In this document: positions 1 to 10,715 of the stretch, piece after piece
How positions within the stretch are numbered: the first letter of the stretch is position 1
Layout: each line of letters starts with the position of its first letter
Source: Solirubrobacterales bacterium
Lineage (GTDB): Bacteria > Actinomycetota > Thermoleophilia > Solirubrobacterales > JBBDJG01
Length of the DNA: 64,000 bases
Assembly (NCBI GenBank): GCA_038330145.1
Contig: JBBQNR010000002.1
Location: 16,542-80,541 of the forward strand
Direction: 5' to 3'
Notes under the pieces: generated by a model
Seen by the model: the letters and a program-made list of their open reading frames with translations, nothing else
Database searches by the model: none
Told to the model about the DNA's origin: nothing
Program-made: the position numbers and the translations under genes

Positions 1-5
1 GCGCC

Positions 6-11
6 TAGCGT
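6..11 (+). promoter_or_regulatory. -10 box of leaderless comEA
   Basis: TAGCGT is followed by 8 nt and then ATG 20. Confidence 0.35.
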
Positions 12-19
12 CGGCGGCG

Positions 20-604
20 ATGGAGTCGGTCTCGAAGCAGCAGCTCGCCGTCTACGTCGCGGCGGCGATCGCGATCGCGCTGATCGGCGCGCGCTACTTG
101 AGACAGTCGCCGGCGGCCGCGCCCGGCGGCGGTGCGGCCCGCCCGCCCGCCGCGCTGCGTGTCGACCGCTCTCCGTCGGGCGTGCAGGTCTACGTGACCG
201 GCGCGGTTCGCCACCCGGGCGTCTACCGGCTGCCCGGTTGGGCGCGACTCGACCTGGCGCTTCGCCGTGCCGGTGGGGCGGCGCGTGGAGCCGACCTGCA
301 GGCGGTCAATCTGGCCGCGAAGGTCTCCGACGGGCAGCAGGTGATCGTGCCGCGTCGGGCGGCCGGCGCAGCGGGGGGAGTGGCCATTGAGGGCGGCGCG
401 GCGCCGGGATCGGGCCCCGTCAGCCTCAACACCGCGACGCTGGAGCAGCTCGACACGCTGGACGGCATCGGCCCCACCACGGCGCAGAAGATCCTCGACT
501 GGCGAAAGCAGCACGGCGGTTTCGGCTCCGTAGACGACCTGAAGCAGATCAGTGGCATCGGCCCCAAGCGGTTCGATGCGCTGAAGGAAAAGGTGCGCAT
601 GTAG
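20..604 (+). CDS. comEA: ComEA-type DNA-binding competence protein (SLBB domain plus helix-hairpin-helix pair)
   Basis: The C-terminus LNTATLEQLDTLDGIGPTTAQKILDWR...DLKQISGIGPKRFDALK carries HhH motifs. The gene sits directly upstream of comEC. Confidence 0.8.
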   Translation: MESVSKQQLAVYVAAAIAIALIGARYLRQSPAAAPGGGAARPPAALRVDRSPSGVQVYVTGAVRHPGVYRLPGWARLDLALRRAGGAARGADLQAVNLAAKVSDGQQVIVPRRAAGAAGGVAIEGGAAPGSGPVSLNTATLEQLDTLDGIGPTTAQKILDWRKQHGGFGSVDDLKQISGIGPKRFDALKEKVRM

Positions 605-2932
605 TTGGTCCGCGAGACGCTTGCGCGCCACCCTCGCCACGTCGCACTGACCGCTTTCGTCTGCGGCCTGCTGCTGTCGGCAGTGGGCGCCTGGGCAGCG
701 ATGGCGGCGCTCGCGTTTGCGGGCGTTGGTGCGTTCGCCCGCCGTGGAGCGCTGGTCGTGGCGGCGACCACGCTGGTGCTGGCCGGCGCCTGGGTCGGCG
801 GCGAGCGGCGCGAGGCGATCGACCGCTCGCGCCTCGGCCCGTCGATGGGCGACCGCGTTCTTGCGCTGGGAAACCTGGTCAGGCGCGAGCGGCCGGTGCG
901 CGGAGAGCTGCGGGCGCGGGTGCGGCTGGGCTCGCTCGGACCGCCTGGCGGTGGCCGCCGAGCGGTGGGGGAGGTGGTCCAGGTGCGGTTCCCGCGGGGG
1001 CTGCGTCTCCCGGCGATGGCGATCGGCGACGAGCTGGCGATCGAGGGTTCTCTGGAACCGCTGCGCTCACGGCCGGGCGCCGAGTTCGACTACGCGGCCT
1101 ACCTGCGCCGCTCCGGCGTTCACGCGCTTCTTCGCGCCGATGCTGTAAACGCCACCGGCGGTCGGCGAGCGGGCCTGGCCGGCCTGGTCGATTCGCTTCG
1201 GCGTCGCGCGGAGGCCGGTGTCGAGGCGGGCCTGGAGCCTGGTTCCGCCGCCCTCGCGAGAGGCGTCGTGCTGGGCCAGGACGAGCTGATATCGGAGCGG
1301 GTGTCCGACGACTTCAAAGATTCCGGACTCGCTCATCTCTTGGCCGTCTCGGGTCAGAACGTGACGCTGCTGGCGATCCTCGCACTGCCGCTGCTGGCCG
1401 CCCTCGGCCTCGGGCGCGTCACTCGTCTGCTGGGAGTGATCGGGCTGATCGCCCTCTACGTCCCGCTCACCGGCGCCGGGCCCTCGATCATGCGCGCCGG
1501 CGCGATGGGTGTCGCCGGAGCGGTCGCCGCGCTGGCCGGACGACCGGCGTCACGCTGGTACGCGCTGCTGCTTGCGGCTGCGTTCACGCTCGTCATGGAT
1601 CCGCGGGCGTGGCTGGACCCCGGCTGGCAGCTCAGCTTCGCGGCCGTGGCAGGAATCCTCGGCCTCGCAGCGCCACTGACCGCCGCGCTCGGACGCCTGC
1701 CACAGCCGCTCCCGGCCGCGCTCGCGGTGACGGTCGCCGCCACGCTGGCGACGGCGCCGCTGATGGCGCACCACTTCGGGCGCCTGTCGCTGGTGAGCCT
1801 GTTCGCCAACCTCATTGCGTTGCCGGCCGTTGCGCCGCTGATGTGGCTCGGGATGTTGTCGGCTGCGGCCGGGCAGGTCTCGCTCGAGGCCGCTGCTTTG
1901 CTCAACGGGCTGAACGGCTACTGCCTCGCCTACCTGAGCGCCGTGGCGCACTGGACCGCCGGCCTACCGCACGCGGCCATGGACGTCGACCTCGGGCTGC
2001 CAGCAATCGCCGGCATCTATGCCGGCCTCATGGCCTGCTGTGCGCTCACCGCCTGGTTGCGCAGGAAGGGCGGCGTGGATCGGATCGGTCCTCGGGCGCG
2101 CCATCCTCTGATCGCCGCGGCGGCTGTGATCGCGGCTTTGTTCGCGACCGCGCTGGCGCCCGGGGCGGCCCCGGCTCCTCTCAATCTGTTCAGGGTCACC
2201 TTCCTCGACGTCGGCCAGGGTGACGCAACGCTGCTCCAGGCGCCCGGCGACGTCGCGGTGCTGGTGGACGGCGGCCCGCCCGAGTCGGGCGTAGTGGGCA
2301 AGCTGCGCGCGGCGGGAGTTCGCTCGCTCGACCTCGTCGTGCTGACCCACGCCCAGAAAGACCACCAGGGCGGCCTCGAGCAGGTCGTCGAAGAGCTGCC
2401 CGTGGGTGTGCTGCTCGACGGCGGCGCCGGCGTGCGCGACTCGACGCACGACCGCATCGTCTCGGTTGCGCATCGGCGCGGCGCGCGCATCGTCGCGCCC
2501 AGGGCGGGAGAGGAGCTCCGCGCCGGCGCGCTGCGGCTGCGGATTCTGCATCCCTCGGGGGAGCAAGTCGATCCGGACGACGAGCCCAACGACCACGCCG
2601 TCGTCATGCTCGCCTCCTACCGCGGCACGGACGTGTTCCTGCCCGCGGATGCCGAGAGCAACGTCACCGCCGCGCTTCACCTGCCCGACGTGGAGGTGCT
2701 CAAGGTCGCCCACCACGGCAGCGAGGACGAGGGAATCACCTCGCTGCTGCGCCGGCTCGATCCCGAGCTGGCGGTGATAGAGGTAGGTGCCGACAACCGC
2801 TACGGGCATCCGCACCCGGCGACACTGTCGGCTCTCAGATCGCATGGTCCCCGACTGCTCAGGACGGACGTCAACGGCGATGTGCGGATCGAGCCGTCGA
2901 GTGTCGGACTCAGCGTCGAGACCGAGCACTAG
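605..2932 (+). CDS. comEC: ComEC/Rec2 DNA internalisation channel with C-terminal metallo-beta-lactamase domain
   Basis: This is a 775-aa polytopic ORF. It has an MBL block (VTFLDVGQGDATLL, LTHAQKDHQGG, KVAHHGS). The TTG start at 605 follows the comEA stop directly. Confidence 0.85.
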   Translation: MVRETLARHPRHVALTAFVCGLLLSAVGAWAAMAALAFAGVGAFARRGALVVAATTLVLAGAWVGGERREAIDRSRLGPSMGDRVLALGNLVRRERPVRGELRARVRLGSLGPPGGGRRAVGEVVQVRFPRGLRLPAMAIGDELAIEGSLEPLRSRPGAEFDYAAYLRRSGVHALLRADAVNATGGRRAGLAGLVDSLRRRAEAGVEAGLEPGSAALARGVVLGQDELISERVSDDFKDSGLAHLLAVSGQNVTLLAILALPLLAALGLGRVTRLLGVIGLIALYVPLTGAGPSIMRAGAMGVAGAVAALAGRPASRWYALLLAAAFTLVMDPRAWLDPGWQLSFAAVAGILGLAAPLTAALGRLPQPLPAALAVTVAATLATAPLMAHHFGRLSLVSLFANLIALPAVAPLMWLGMLSAAAGQVSLEAAALLNGLNGYCLAYLSAVAHWTAGLPHAAMDVDLGLPAIAGIYAGLMACCALTAWLRRKGGVDRIGPRARHPLIAAAAVIAALFATALAPGAAPAPLNLFRVTFLDVGQGDATLLQAPGDVAVLVDGGPPESGVVGKLRAAGVRSLDLVVLTHAQKDHQGGLEQVVEELPVGVLLDGGAGVRDSTHDRIVSVAHRRGARIVAPRAGEELRAGALRLRILHPSGEQVDPDDEPNDHAVVMLASYRGTDVFLPADAESNVTAALHLPDVEVLKVAHHGSEDEGITSLLRRLDPELAVIEVGADNRYGHPHPATLSALRSHGPRLLRTDVNGDVRIEPSSVGLSVETEH

Positions 2933-2935
2933 ACT
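2930..2935 (+). promoter_or_regulatory. -10 box of leaderless holA
   Basis: TAGACT (which includes the comEC stop) is followed by 6 nt and then ATG 2942. Confidence 0.4.
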
Positions 2936-2941
2936 CGCCTG

Positions 2942-3937
2942 ATGGCCGACGAGCTCAAACCCGCATACCTGATCCACGGCGACGACGAGGCGAAGATCGA
3001 CGCCTGGCGCAGACGCCTGCGCGCGAGGGCCCAGGCGGAGGCAGCTGAGGCGTCGCTCGAGGTTTTGCGCGGTGAGGAGCTGACCGCCGAGGCGACGGTG
3101 GCAGCGATCGGTGCGCTAACACTCGGCGCAGGCAGGCGCTACCTGTTGGCCGACGGTGTCCAGCGCTGGAAGGATCCACACGTCAAGCAGGTCGCCGCGG
3201 CGCTGGCGGACATTCCGCCCGACACCGTGATCGTCCTGCTGTCGTCGGGCGACGCGCCGGCCGCGCTCGTGAAGGCGGTCGAGAAGGCCGGCGGTGAGGT
3301 GCACGCGGGCGCGGCGCCGAAGGCGGCGGCCTATCCGGGCTGGGCGACCAAACGTGCGCAAGAGCTCGGCGTCGGGCTGGACCGAGAGGCCGCCCAGGCC
3401 CTCGTGGCGCAGGCGGCGCGAGACAAGAAAAACAAGATCAGACAGCACACGCTGGTTCGAGAGCTGGAGAAGCTAGCCGTGTTCGTAGGGGAGGGAGCCA
3501 CGATCGACGTCGAGGCGGTCGAGGCCGTCACGACCTCAGCGATCGAGTCGCGGATCTTCGACCTTGCTGACGCGATCATCGAAGGAGACTCGTCGCGCGC
3601 CCTGCGTGTCGCCGAGGACCTGCGCGATCACGACGACGACATCATGCACATCCTGTTCGCCATGGTGCGGCAGGTGCGCAACTGCCGTCGCGCCTGGACC
3701 CTGCTGGCGGCGGGCACCTCCGCGCAGGACATCCAGGCGGACCTCGGCCAACTGCCCTGGATAGCCAAGCAAACCATCGCGCAGGCGCGGCGAGCCGATC
3801 CGGAGCGGGTGGAGCGCGCGCTCGATCTGCTTGCAGAATTGGACTGGCAGATCCGGGGTGGGGGCGACCTGGACGTCGAGAGCGCCCTCACGCTCACCGT
3901 CTCCGCTGCCGCCTCGGACCCGAGGGCGGTCGCCTGA
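2942..3937 (+). CDS. holA: DNA polymerase III delta subunit
   Basis: The 331-aa ORF occupies the conserved position after comEC. It shows delta-subunit-like N-terminal and helical C-terminal organisation, recognised by context and overall pattern only. Confidence 0.65.
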   Translation: MADELKPAYLIHGDDEAKIDAWRRRLRARAQAEAAEASLEVLRGEELTAEATVAAIGALTLGAGRRYLLADGVQRWKDPHVKQVAAALADIPPDTVIVLLSSGDAPAALVKAVEKAGGEVHAGAAPKAAAYPGWATKRAQELGVGLDREAAQALVAQAARDKKNKIRQHTLVRELEKLAVFVGEGATIDVEAVEAVTTSAIESRIFDLADAIIEGDSSRALRVAEDLRDHDDDIMHILFAMVRQVRNCRRAWTLLAAGTSAQDIQADLGQLPWIAKQTIAQARRADPERVERALDLLAELDWQIRGGGDLDVESALTLTVSAAASDPRAVA

Positions 3938-3969
3938 CGTTTTCGGTGCCGGCCGGGCCTACGGGCCGG

Positions 3970-4233
3970 TCAGGAGGCGCTGGCCCGCAGGCGCGCGGCG
4001 CGTGCCTTCTTGCGGGCTGCGTTGTTGCGGTGAAGCGCTCCGTGCTCGGCGGCCTTGTCGATCTTGGACACCAGGGCACGGAACTCGGAGTCGATCGCAC
4101 CCGAGTCCTTGGACTCGACCGCCTGCTCGAGGCGGCGGAAGTACGTCTTCACGGTCGAGGTGCGGCGGCGGTTCTCGAGCCGCTCGCGCTCTGACCGGTT
4201 GTTTCGCTTTTCTTGAGAATGGATGTTGGCCAT
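3970..4233 (-). CDS. rpsT: 30S ribosomal protein S20
   Basis: The 87-aa basic protein begins MANIHSQEKRNNRSERERLENRRRTS, a typical S20 N-terminus. Confidence 0.9.
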   Translation of the reverse strand: MANIHSQEKRNNRSERERLENRRRTSTVKTYFRRLEQAVESKDSGAIDSEFRALVSKIDKAAEHGALHRNNAARKKARAARLRASAS

Positions 4234-4260
4234 AGAACGCCTTCTGCGATGCGGCGGCGA

Positions 4261-4266
4261 AGTATA
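4261..4266 (-). promoter_or_regulatory. -10 box TATACT for rpsT (short leader with AGAAGG Shine-Dalgarno)
   Basis: TATACT on the minus strand lies 27 nt before the rpsT ATG. Confidence 0.4.
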
Positions 4267-4298
4267 GCCGTGCCCCGCCGGATTCCCGGAAGGCCGCG

Positions 4299-5891
4299 GT
4301 GACGGCTCGCGAGGGCGAGGCGGGCCCCGGGCGCCGCCTGGCGCTCTCCACCGCGTTCTTCTCGTTCGCCACCGCGCTCTCGCGGATCGCGGGTCTGGTG
4401 CGGGAGGTCGTGGCCGCGAGCTACTTCGGCGTCAAGGGGCCGATGAGCGCCTTCACGATCGCCTTCCAGGTCCCGAACCTGATTCGCAGCCTGTTCGCGG
4501 ACGCAGCGTTGCAGGCGGCGTTCGTGCCCGTATTCACCGAAGAGCTGGAGAAAGGAAGCCGGGCCGAGGCGTTCAGGGTGGCGTCGGCGTTGGTGTTCGT
4601 GATCGCGGTCGTGCTCGGCCTGCTGACGGCGTTGTTCGTTCTGCTCGCTCCCGTGGTGATGCCGCTCTTCGCACCCGGATTCGACCAGCAGCTCACCGAC
4701 CTCACCGTCAATCTGGCGCGGTTGCTGTTCCCGATCGTGCTGCTTTTGGGGCTGACCGGCCTGGTGGTGGGGGTCCTCAACAGCTTCGACAACTTCGGTC
4801 CCGGTGCGATCTCGCCGCTGTTCTGGAACCTGGCGATCATCGCCACGCTGGTCGTGCTGACGCCCCAGTTTCACGGAGACGATCGCATCTACGCCTACGC
4901 GATCGGCGTCCTGATCGGCACCGTGGTGCAGCTGCTGCTGCCCCTGCCGTGGCTTCGCCGCACCGGCTTTCGCATCGTGCGCTCGTTCGACTGGCGCGAC
5001 GCCCGCGTGATGCGCGTGCTGAAGCTGATGTTCCCCGTCACGCTCGGCCTCGGGCTGATCAACTTCAACCTCTCGGTCGACAGCATCTTTGCGACGCTGA
5101 TCAGCGATGAGGCGCCGGCGGCTATTGACAAGGCGTTCCGCATCTACATGCTGCCGCAGGGTGTGTTCGCGGTCGCCGTTGCAACGGTGCTGTTCCCGAC
5201 GCTGTCGCGCTTCGCGGTGCGTGAGGACTGGCGGGGGCTGCGCCTGGTGCTGGGGACCGGCACCCGCCAGCTGCTGCTGCTGCTGGTCCCGACCGCAGCG
5301 ATGATGCTGGTCCTCAGCGACCCGATCACGCAGGTGATCTACCAACGCGGAGAGTTCGACGCCGCCCAGACCGATCTGGTCTCAGAGGCGCTCTTCTTCT
5401 TCGCGCTCTCGCTTCCGTTCGCCGGCATCAACCTGCTGCTGATCCGCGCCTACTTCAGCCTCCAGCGGCCCTGGGTACCGACCTGGATTGCGCTCGCCAA
5501 CCTGGGCGTCAACGCCGGCCTCGACGCGCTCTTTTACAAACCGATCGGGATCGGCGGCATCCCGCTCGCGACCGCGGTCGTCTCGCTGCTCACGAGCGTG
5601 GGCCTGGCCGTAGTGCTGCGGCCGCGCCTGGGCGGCATAGACGGCCGTCGCACCGTGGACGCCGCCGGCCGGATATTGATCGCCTCGGGTGCACTCGTGC
5701 TGGCGGCGATCGGGACGCGAGAAGCGCTCGACGGCGTTGTCTCGAGCGGCTTCGGCGGGCAGCTGGCCCTGATGATCGCCGCCGGGGCCGCTGGCACGGC
5801 GGTCTACATCGCGGGCGTCTTCGCGCTGCGCGTGCACGAGGCGCGCGAGCTCTGGAATCTGGCCCGCGGTGGCCTGGCTCGCCTTCGCTAG
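4299..5891 (+). CDS. murJ: Lipid II flippase MurJ/MviN
   Basis: The 530-aa multi-TM ORF has a MurJ-type N-terminus (FSFATALSRIAGLVREVVAASYFG). The start is GTG. Confidence 0.8.
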   Translation: MTAREGEAGPGRRLALSTAFFSFATALSRIAGLVREVVAASYFGVKGPMSAFTIAFQVPNLIRSLFADAALQAAFVPVFTEELEKGSRAEAFRVASALVFVIAVVLGLLTALFVLLAPVVMPLFAPGFDQQLTDLTVNLARLLFPIVLLLGLTGLVVGVLNSFDNFGPGAISPLFWNLAIIATLVVLTPQFHGDDRIYAYAIGVLIGTVVQLLLPLPWLRRTGFRIVRSFDWRDARVMRVLKLMFPVTLGLGLINFNLSVDSIFATLISDEAPAAIDKAFRIYMLPQGVFAVAVATVLFPTLSRFAVREDWRGLRLVLGTGTRQLLLLLVPTAAMMLVLSDPITQVIYQRGEFDAAQTDLVSEALFFFALSLPFAGINLLLIRAYFSLQRPWVPTWIALANLGVNAGLDALFYKPIGIGGIPLATAVVSLLTSVGLAVVLRPRLGGIDGRRTVDAAGRILIASGALVLAAIGTREALDGVVSSGFGGQLALMIAAGAAGTAVYIAGVFALRVHEARELWNLARGGLARLR

Positions 5892-5929
5892 TCACCAGGT
5901 AGGCGACCAGCCGGGAAGCGCCCCTATCC

Positions 5930-5959
5930 TTGACAGAACATCGAGTCGACTCGCCTAAT
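5930..5959 (+). promoter_or_regulatory. Sigma-70-like promoter upstream of lepA (TTGACA, 18 nt, CCTAAT)
   Basis: This is a direct read. It is the only clear -35/-10 pair I saw in the window. Confidence 0.4.
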
Positions 5960-6014
5960 GGCTCGCCGAACACTCACGATCCTCAGAGTCGGCTACGCCG
6001 CCTCCCATCATCAG

Positions 6015-7826
<1,812 letters not shown>

Positions 7827-7834
7827 TGCCCCGG

Positions 7835-7906
7835 AATACATAGCCGGCTTCGCCGGACACCTAAAGGCATGAGCATCGGCTGCGCGGCTGACGCCGCTAC
7901 GCCGCC
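7835..7906 (+). repeat. Family B intergenic element, copy 1 (downstream of lepA)
   Basis: AATACATAGCCGGCTTCGCCGGACACCTAAAGGCATGAGCATCGGCTGCGCGGCTGACGCCGCTACGCCGCC aligns along its length with 37683-37758. Confidence 0.75.
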
Positions 7907-7932
7907 GCCTGTCACTTTTCCCCCGCTCCGGA

Positions 7933-7938
7933 TAGGGT
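7933..7938 (+). promoter_or_regulatory. -10 box of the leaderless secreted-protein gene
   Basis: TAGGGT is followed by 8 nt and then ATG 7947. Confidence 0.4.
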
Positions 7939-7946
7939 TTGCGCCG

Positions 7947-8843
7947 ATGAGGGGATCCGCGAGAGCTGCGCTGTCTGGGGCGCTGTTAATGGCGCTGGCC
8001 TGGCCGGCGATGGCGCTTGCCAAGGACCGCGTCATCTCCACCGCTCGCACCGCCACCAACCTGAGCGCTTTCGGGCAGGGCCTGATCTGGTCCCGTACCG
8101 ACATCGACGGCCGCAGCAGGCTCGTGCTGCGGGGGTTCGGGGCGCCGACCGACGTACCTGTCGCTCCCGCCTCGGGCCAGTTCGACCCCGACCTCGGGCG
8201 TGACGCCACCGGAGCGACGGTCGCGGTCTATACCCGCTGTGCCGGCGTCTCCGGAAGCAACTGCGACATCTACGAGTTCAACTTCGCGACCAGCCGTGAG
8301 CGCAAGCTGCCCGGCGCCTCGAGCTCGCGTTGCTCCGAGTTCGCTCCCTCGGTCTCGCAGGGAGCGGTCGCGTTCGCCCGCCGTGGTCCCAAGGGCTGCA
8401 AGGGCCTCTACGTCAAGGGGCGCAAGGGCACGCCGCTCAAGCTCGAATCCCGGGTGCCGGCCGACACCGACTTCCGCGAGGGCCGGGTCGCATACCTGCA
8501 GGTGACCGGCAAGCGCACCCAGATCAGGGTCTTCACTATCGCCCAGGGGAGCTCGCGCGACGTCATCACCAGCCTCCGCACGGAGGGGGAGCGCACGCGT
8601 GTGTCGTATCCGACCTTCGCCGGCAGCTACCTGTACTGGCTGTTCGAGGACCAGCGCCGCAAGCGGTTCAGCGTTGGACGCAGCCGGGCACGCGCGGCCA
8701 ACCCGACGCTCGCCTTCTCCGAGCGCACCCTGCCGGGCAAGCCCGACTCGATCGCGCTCGACGGCCGTGAGCTCTTCTACACCAACGGTCGCGGTGTCTT
8801 CCAGGCCACCGACCCGCTGCCGAGCTTCAAGGCCGCGGGCTAG
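7947..8843 (+). CDS. Hypothetical secreted protein
   Basis: The signal-peptide-like MRGSARAALSGALLMALAWPAMALA begins at ATG 7947, which also has a leaderless-type -10 box 8 nt upstream. The ORF track opens at 7869. I recognise no family. Confidence 0.55.
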   Translation: MRGSARAALSGALLMALAWPAMALAKDRVISTARTATNLSAFGQGLIWSRTDIDGRSRLVLRGFGAPTDVPVAPASGQFDPDLGRDATGATVAVYTRCAGVSGSNCDIYEFNFATSRERKLPGASSSRCSEFAPSVSQGAVAFARRGPKGCKGLYVKGRKGTPLKLESRVPADTDFREGRVAYLQVTGKRTQIRVFTIAQGSSRDVITSLRTEGERTRVSYPTFAGSYLYWLFEDQRRKRFSVGRSRARAANPTLAFSERTLPGKPDSIALDGRELFYTNGRGVFQATDPLPSFKAAG

Positions 8844-8846
8844 ACT
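8841..8846 (+). promoter_or_regulatory. -10 box of the leaderless MaoC pair
   Basis: TAGACT (which includes the upstream stop) is followed by 9 nt and then ATG 8856. Confidence 0.35.
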
Positions 8847-8855
8847 GCCGCCGCG

Positions 8856-9296
8856 ATGGCGATCAAGGAGAGCCTGAAGGGCAGGACGCAAGCACCGTTC
8901 GAGTACGAGGTGGGGCGGGAGAAGATCCGCGAGTACGCGCGCGCGGTGGGCGAGGAGAACCCCGTTCACCACGACCCCGAGGCGGCTCGTGCAGCCGGTT
9001 TCTCGAACGTCGTCGCTCCGCCTATGTTCTGCGTCGTCTACTCGGCGGGCGCGATGGGCCCGGCGGTGCTCGATCCGGAGCTGGAGATCAACCTCATGAT
9101 GATGGTCCACGGCTCGCAGCAGTTCGAGTGGTTCGAGCCGGTCGTCGCCGGCGACACGATCACGACCACGGCGACGCTCAAGGACCTCTACGACAAGAAC
9201 GGCATGCAGTTCTACGTCTTCGAGTCCGAGTCGACGAACCAGCAAGGTAAGCCCGTCGTGAAGGGAACCTGGACCAACATAGTGAGGGCAGGCTGA
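8856..9296 (+). CDS. MaoC-like dehydratase, N-terminal-type subunit (HadA-like)
   Basis: The 146-aa hot-dog fold ORF (REYARAVGEENPVHHD) is paired and overlapped (ATGA) with the next MaoC ORF. Confidence 0.7.
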   Translation: MAIKESLKGRTQAPFEYEVGREKIREYARAVGEENPVHHDPEAARAAGFSNVVAPPMFCVVYSAGAMGPAVLDPELEINLMMMVHGSQQFEWFEPVVAGDTITTTATLKDLYDKNGMQFYVFESESTNQQGKPVVKGTWTNIVRAG

Positions 9297-9712
9297 TGGC
9301 ACAGACACCGGAAGGGCTCACGGCGCAGGCCGGGGCGGAGCTCCCTCCTCTCTCGGTCACGCCCGACAAGTACGTGCCGCATCGCTACGCGGGCGCGTCG
9401 GGAGACTTCAACCCGATTCACATCGACCCCGAGTTCGCCAAGGCGGTTGGTCTGCCCGGCAACATCCTGCACGGGCTCTACTCGATGGCGCAGGTCGCGC
9501 GCGCCGCCACGGCCGGCGCCGGGGGAGACCCGCGCTCGCTGAAGCGGCTGTCGGTTCAGTTCCGCGGCATGGGCCGCCCGGAGGTGGAGATCCGCGTCAC
9601 CGGCTCCGTGCGCGAGGCCGCCGGCAAGCGCGCGATCGTCGACGTGGTCGCCGAGCAGGAGGGCAACCGGATCATCCGCAACGCCGAGGCGGAGCTGGAG
9701 CTCCAGGCCTAG
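9296..9712 (+). CDS. MaoC family (R)-specific hydratase/dehydratase (HadB-like)
   Basis: It carries YAGASGDFNPIHIDPEFAKAVGLPGNILHG, the MaoC hydratase motif. Confidence 0.75.
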   Translation: MAQTPEGLTAQAGAELPPLSVTPDKYVPHRYAGASGDFNPIHIDPEFAKAVGLPGNILHGLYSMAQVARAATAGAGGDPRSLKRLSVQFRGMGRPEVEIRVTGSVREAAGKRAIVDVVAEQEGNRIIRNAEAELELQA

Positions 9713-10686
9713 AGAAGGTTCGACGCCTCGAGCGTGCGGCGAACGCCCTGCTCGAGCTCCGTCGGCTGCCAGCCCAGCTCGCGCTGCGCCTTGCTCGAGT
9801 CCGGCGCGGCGTTCCAGAGGAAGAAGTGAAGCTGTCCCGTTGACAGCAGTGGCGGGCGCCGGATCACCTTCGACAGCGCCTCGCCGCCGACGGCCAGCGT
9901 GCGGGCGAGCGCCGCTGGCAGGGTGGGAGGGACCCTGCCGCGGCCGGCAACCCTGACGACCGTCTGCGCGAGCTCCCGCAGCGTAACGTGGCGGTCGCAG
10001 AGGATGTAGCGCTCGCCGTCGCGGCCCTGATCGGCAGCGAGCAGATGTCCGCTCGCGACACCGTCGATGAAGGCGACGCCCAGGCCGCCCGGCGGCAGCG
10101 CCGGCAGCCGCTTGCGCACCAGCGGGGCGAACAGGTCCTTGTCGACGGAGACCGTCGGCGACGGCCCCGGCCCGTAGACACCGGACGGGTTCACGATCAC
10201 GACCTCGAGACCGTCGCGAGCCTCCAGCGCGAGCTGCTCGGCACGCTGCTTGGAGCGCTCGTAGACGGTTCCCTTCGGGTAGTCGGCGACCTGGGACTCG
10301 TCGAAGCGGGCGCCCCGATCGGCGTGGAAGACGTCCTCGGTGCTGGTATGGACCAGCCGCCGCACGCCGGCCTCACGAGCCGCTCTCGCCACCGTCTGGG
10401 TTCCCTGAGCGTTGACGCGGTCGAACAGCGATTGGTCGGCCAGCCACTGCTCCGGGATGCCCATCGCGTTGAAGACCAACTCGCAGCCCGCGACGGCGCT
10501 CGCCACCGAAGCCGGATCGGTCACGTCCCCCTGCACGGTCTCGACTCCTGGCGGCAGCAGCGACCGTGCGCGGGCCTGGTCGCGAACCAGGGCCCGCACC
10601 TCGTCGCCGCGCTCGGCCAGCGCTCGCGCGACGGCGTTTCCCACCTTGCCGGTGGCGCCTGTGACCAGCACCTTCACGGCCGCCAA
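9709..10686 (-). CDS. NAD-dependent epimerase/dehydratase family (SDR) protein
   Basis: The N-terminus has the Rossmann motif VLVTGATGKVGNAV. The ORF is 325 aa with a TTG start. Confidence 0.75.
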   Translation of the reverse strand: MAAVKVLVTGATGKVGNAVARALAERGDEVRALVRDQARARSLLPPGVETVQGDVTDPASVASAVAGCELVFNAMGIPEQWLADQSLFDRVNAQGTQTVARAAREAGVRRLVHTSTEDVFHADRGARFDESQVADYPKGTVYERSKQRAEQLALEARDGLEVVIVNPSGVYGPGPSPTVSVDKDLFAPLVRKRLPALPPGGLGVAFIDGVASGHLLAADQGRDGERYILCDRHVTLRELAQTVVRVAGRGRVPPTLPAALARTLAVGGEALSKVIRRPPLLSTGQLHFFLWNAAPDSSKAQRELGWQPTELEQGVRRTLEASNLL

Positions 10687-10699
10687 TCTATCCGCCTCC

Positions 10700-10705
10700 T
10701 AAAAT
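10700..10705 (+). promoter_or_regulatory. -10 box of near-leaderless hrcA-dnaJ-prmA
   Basis: TAAAAT is followed by 10 nt and then ATG 10716. Confidence 0.4.
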
Positions 10706-10715
10706 CAATGGGGCG

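Noticed and set aside
7986-9308. Long antisense or alternative-frame ORFs appear throughout the track. Examples are 7986-9308(-), 11467-13137(-), 15586-17298(-), 33233-35335(+), 41289-43325(-), 56463-58322(-) and 59236-61332(+).
   Set aside because: They overlap genes with clear family motifs and encode Arg/Ala/Gly/Pro-rich low-complexity peptides. Stop-poor frames like these are typical of very GC-rich DNA, so I treat them as artefacts.
10687-10715. I expected a CIRCE element (TTAGCACTC-N9-GAGTGCTAA) upstream of hrcA-dnaJ.
   Set aside because: No such inverted repeat is present in the 29-bp spacer or nearby.
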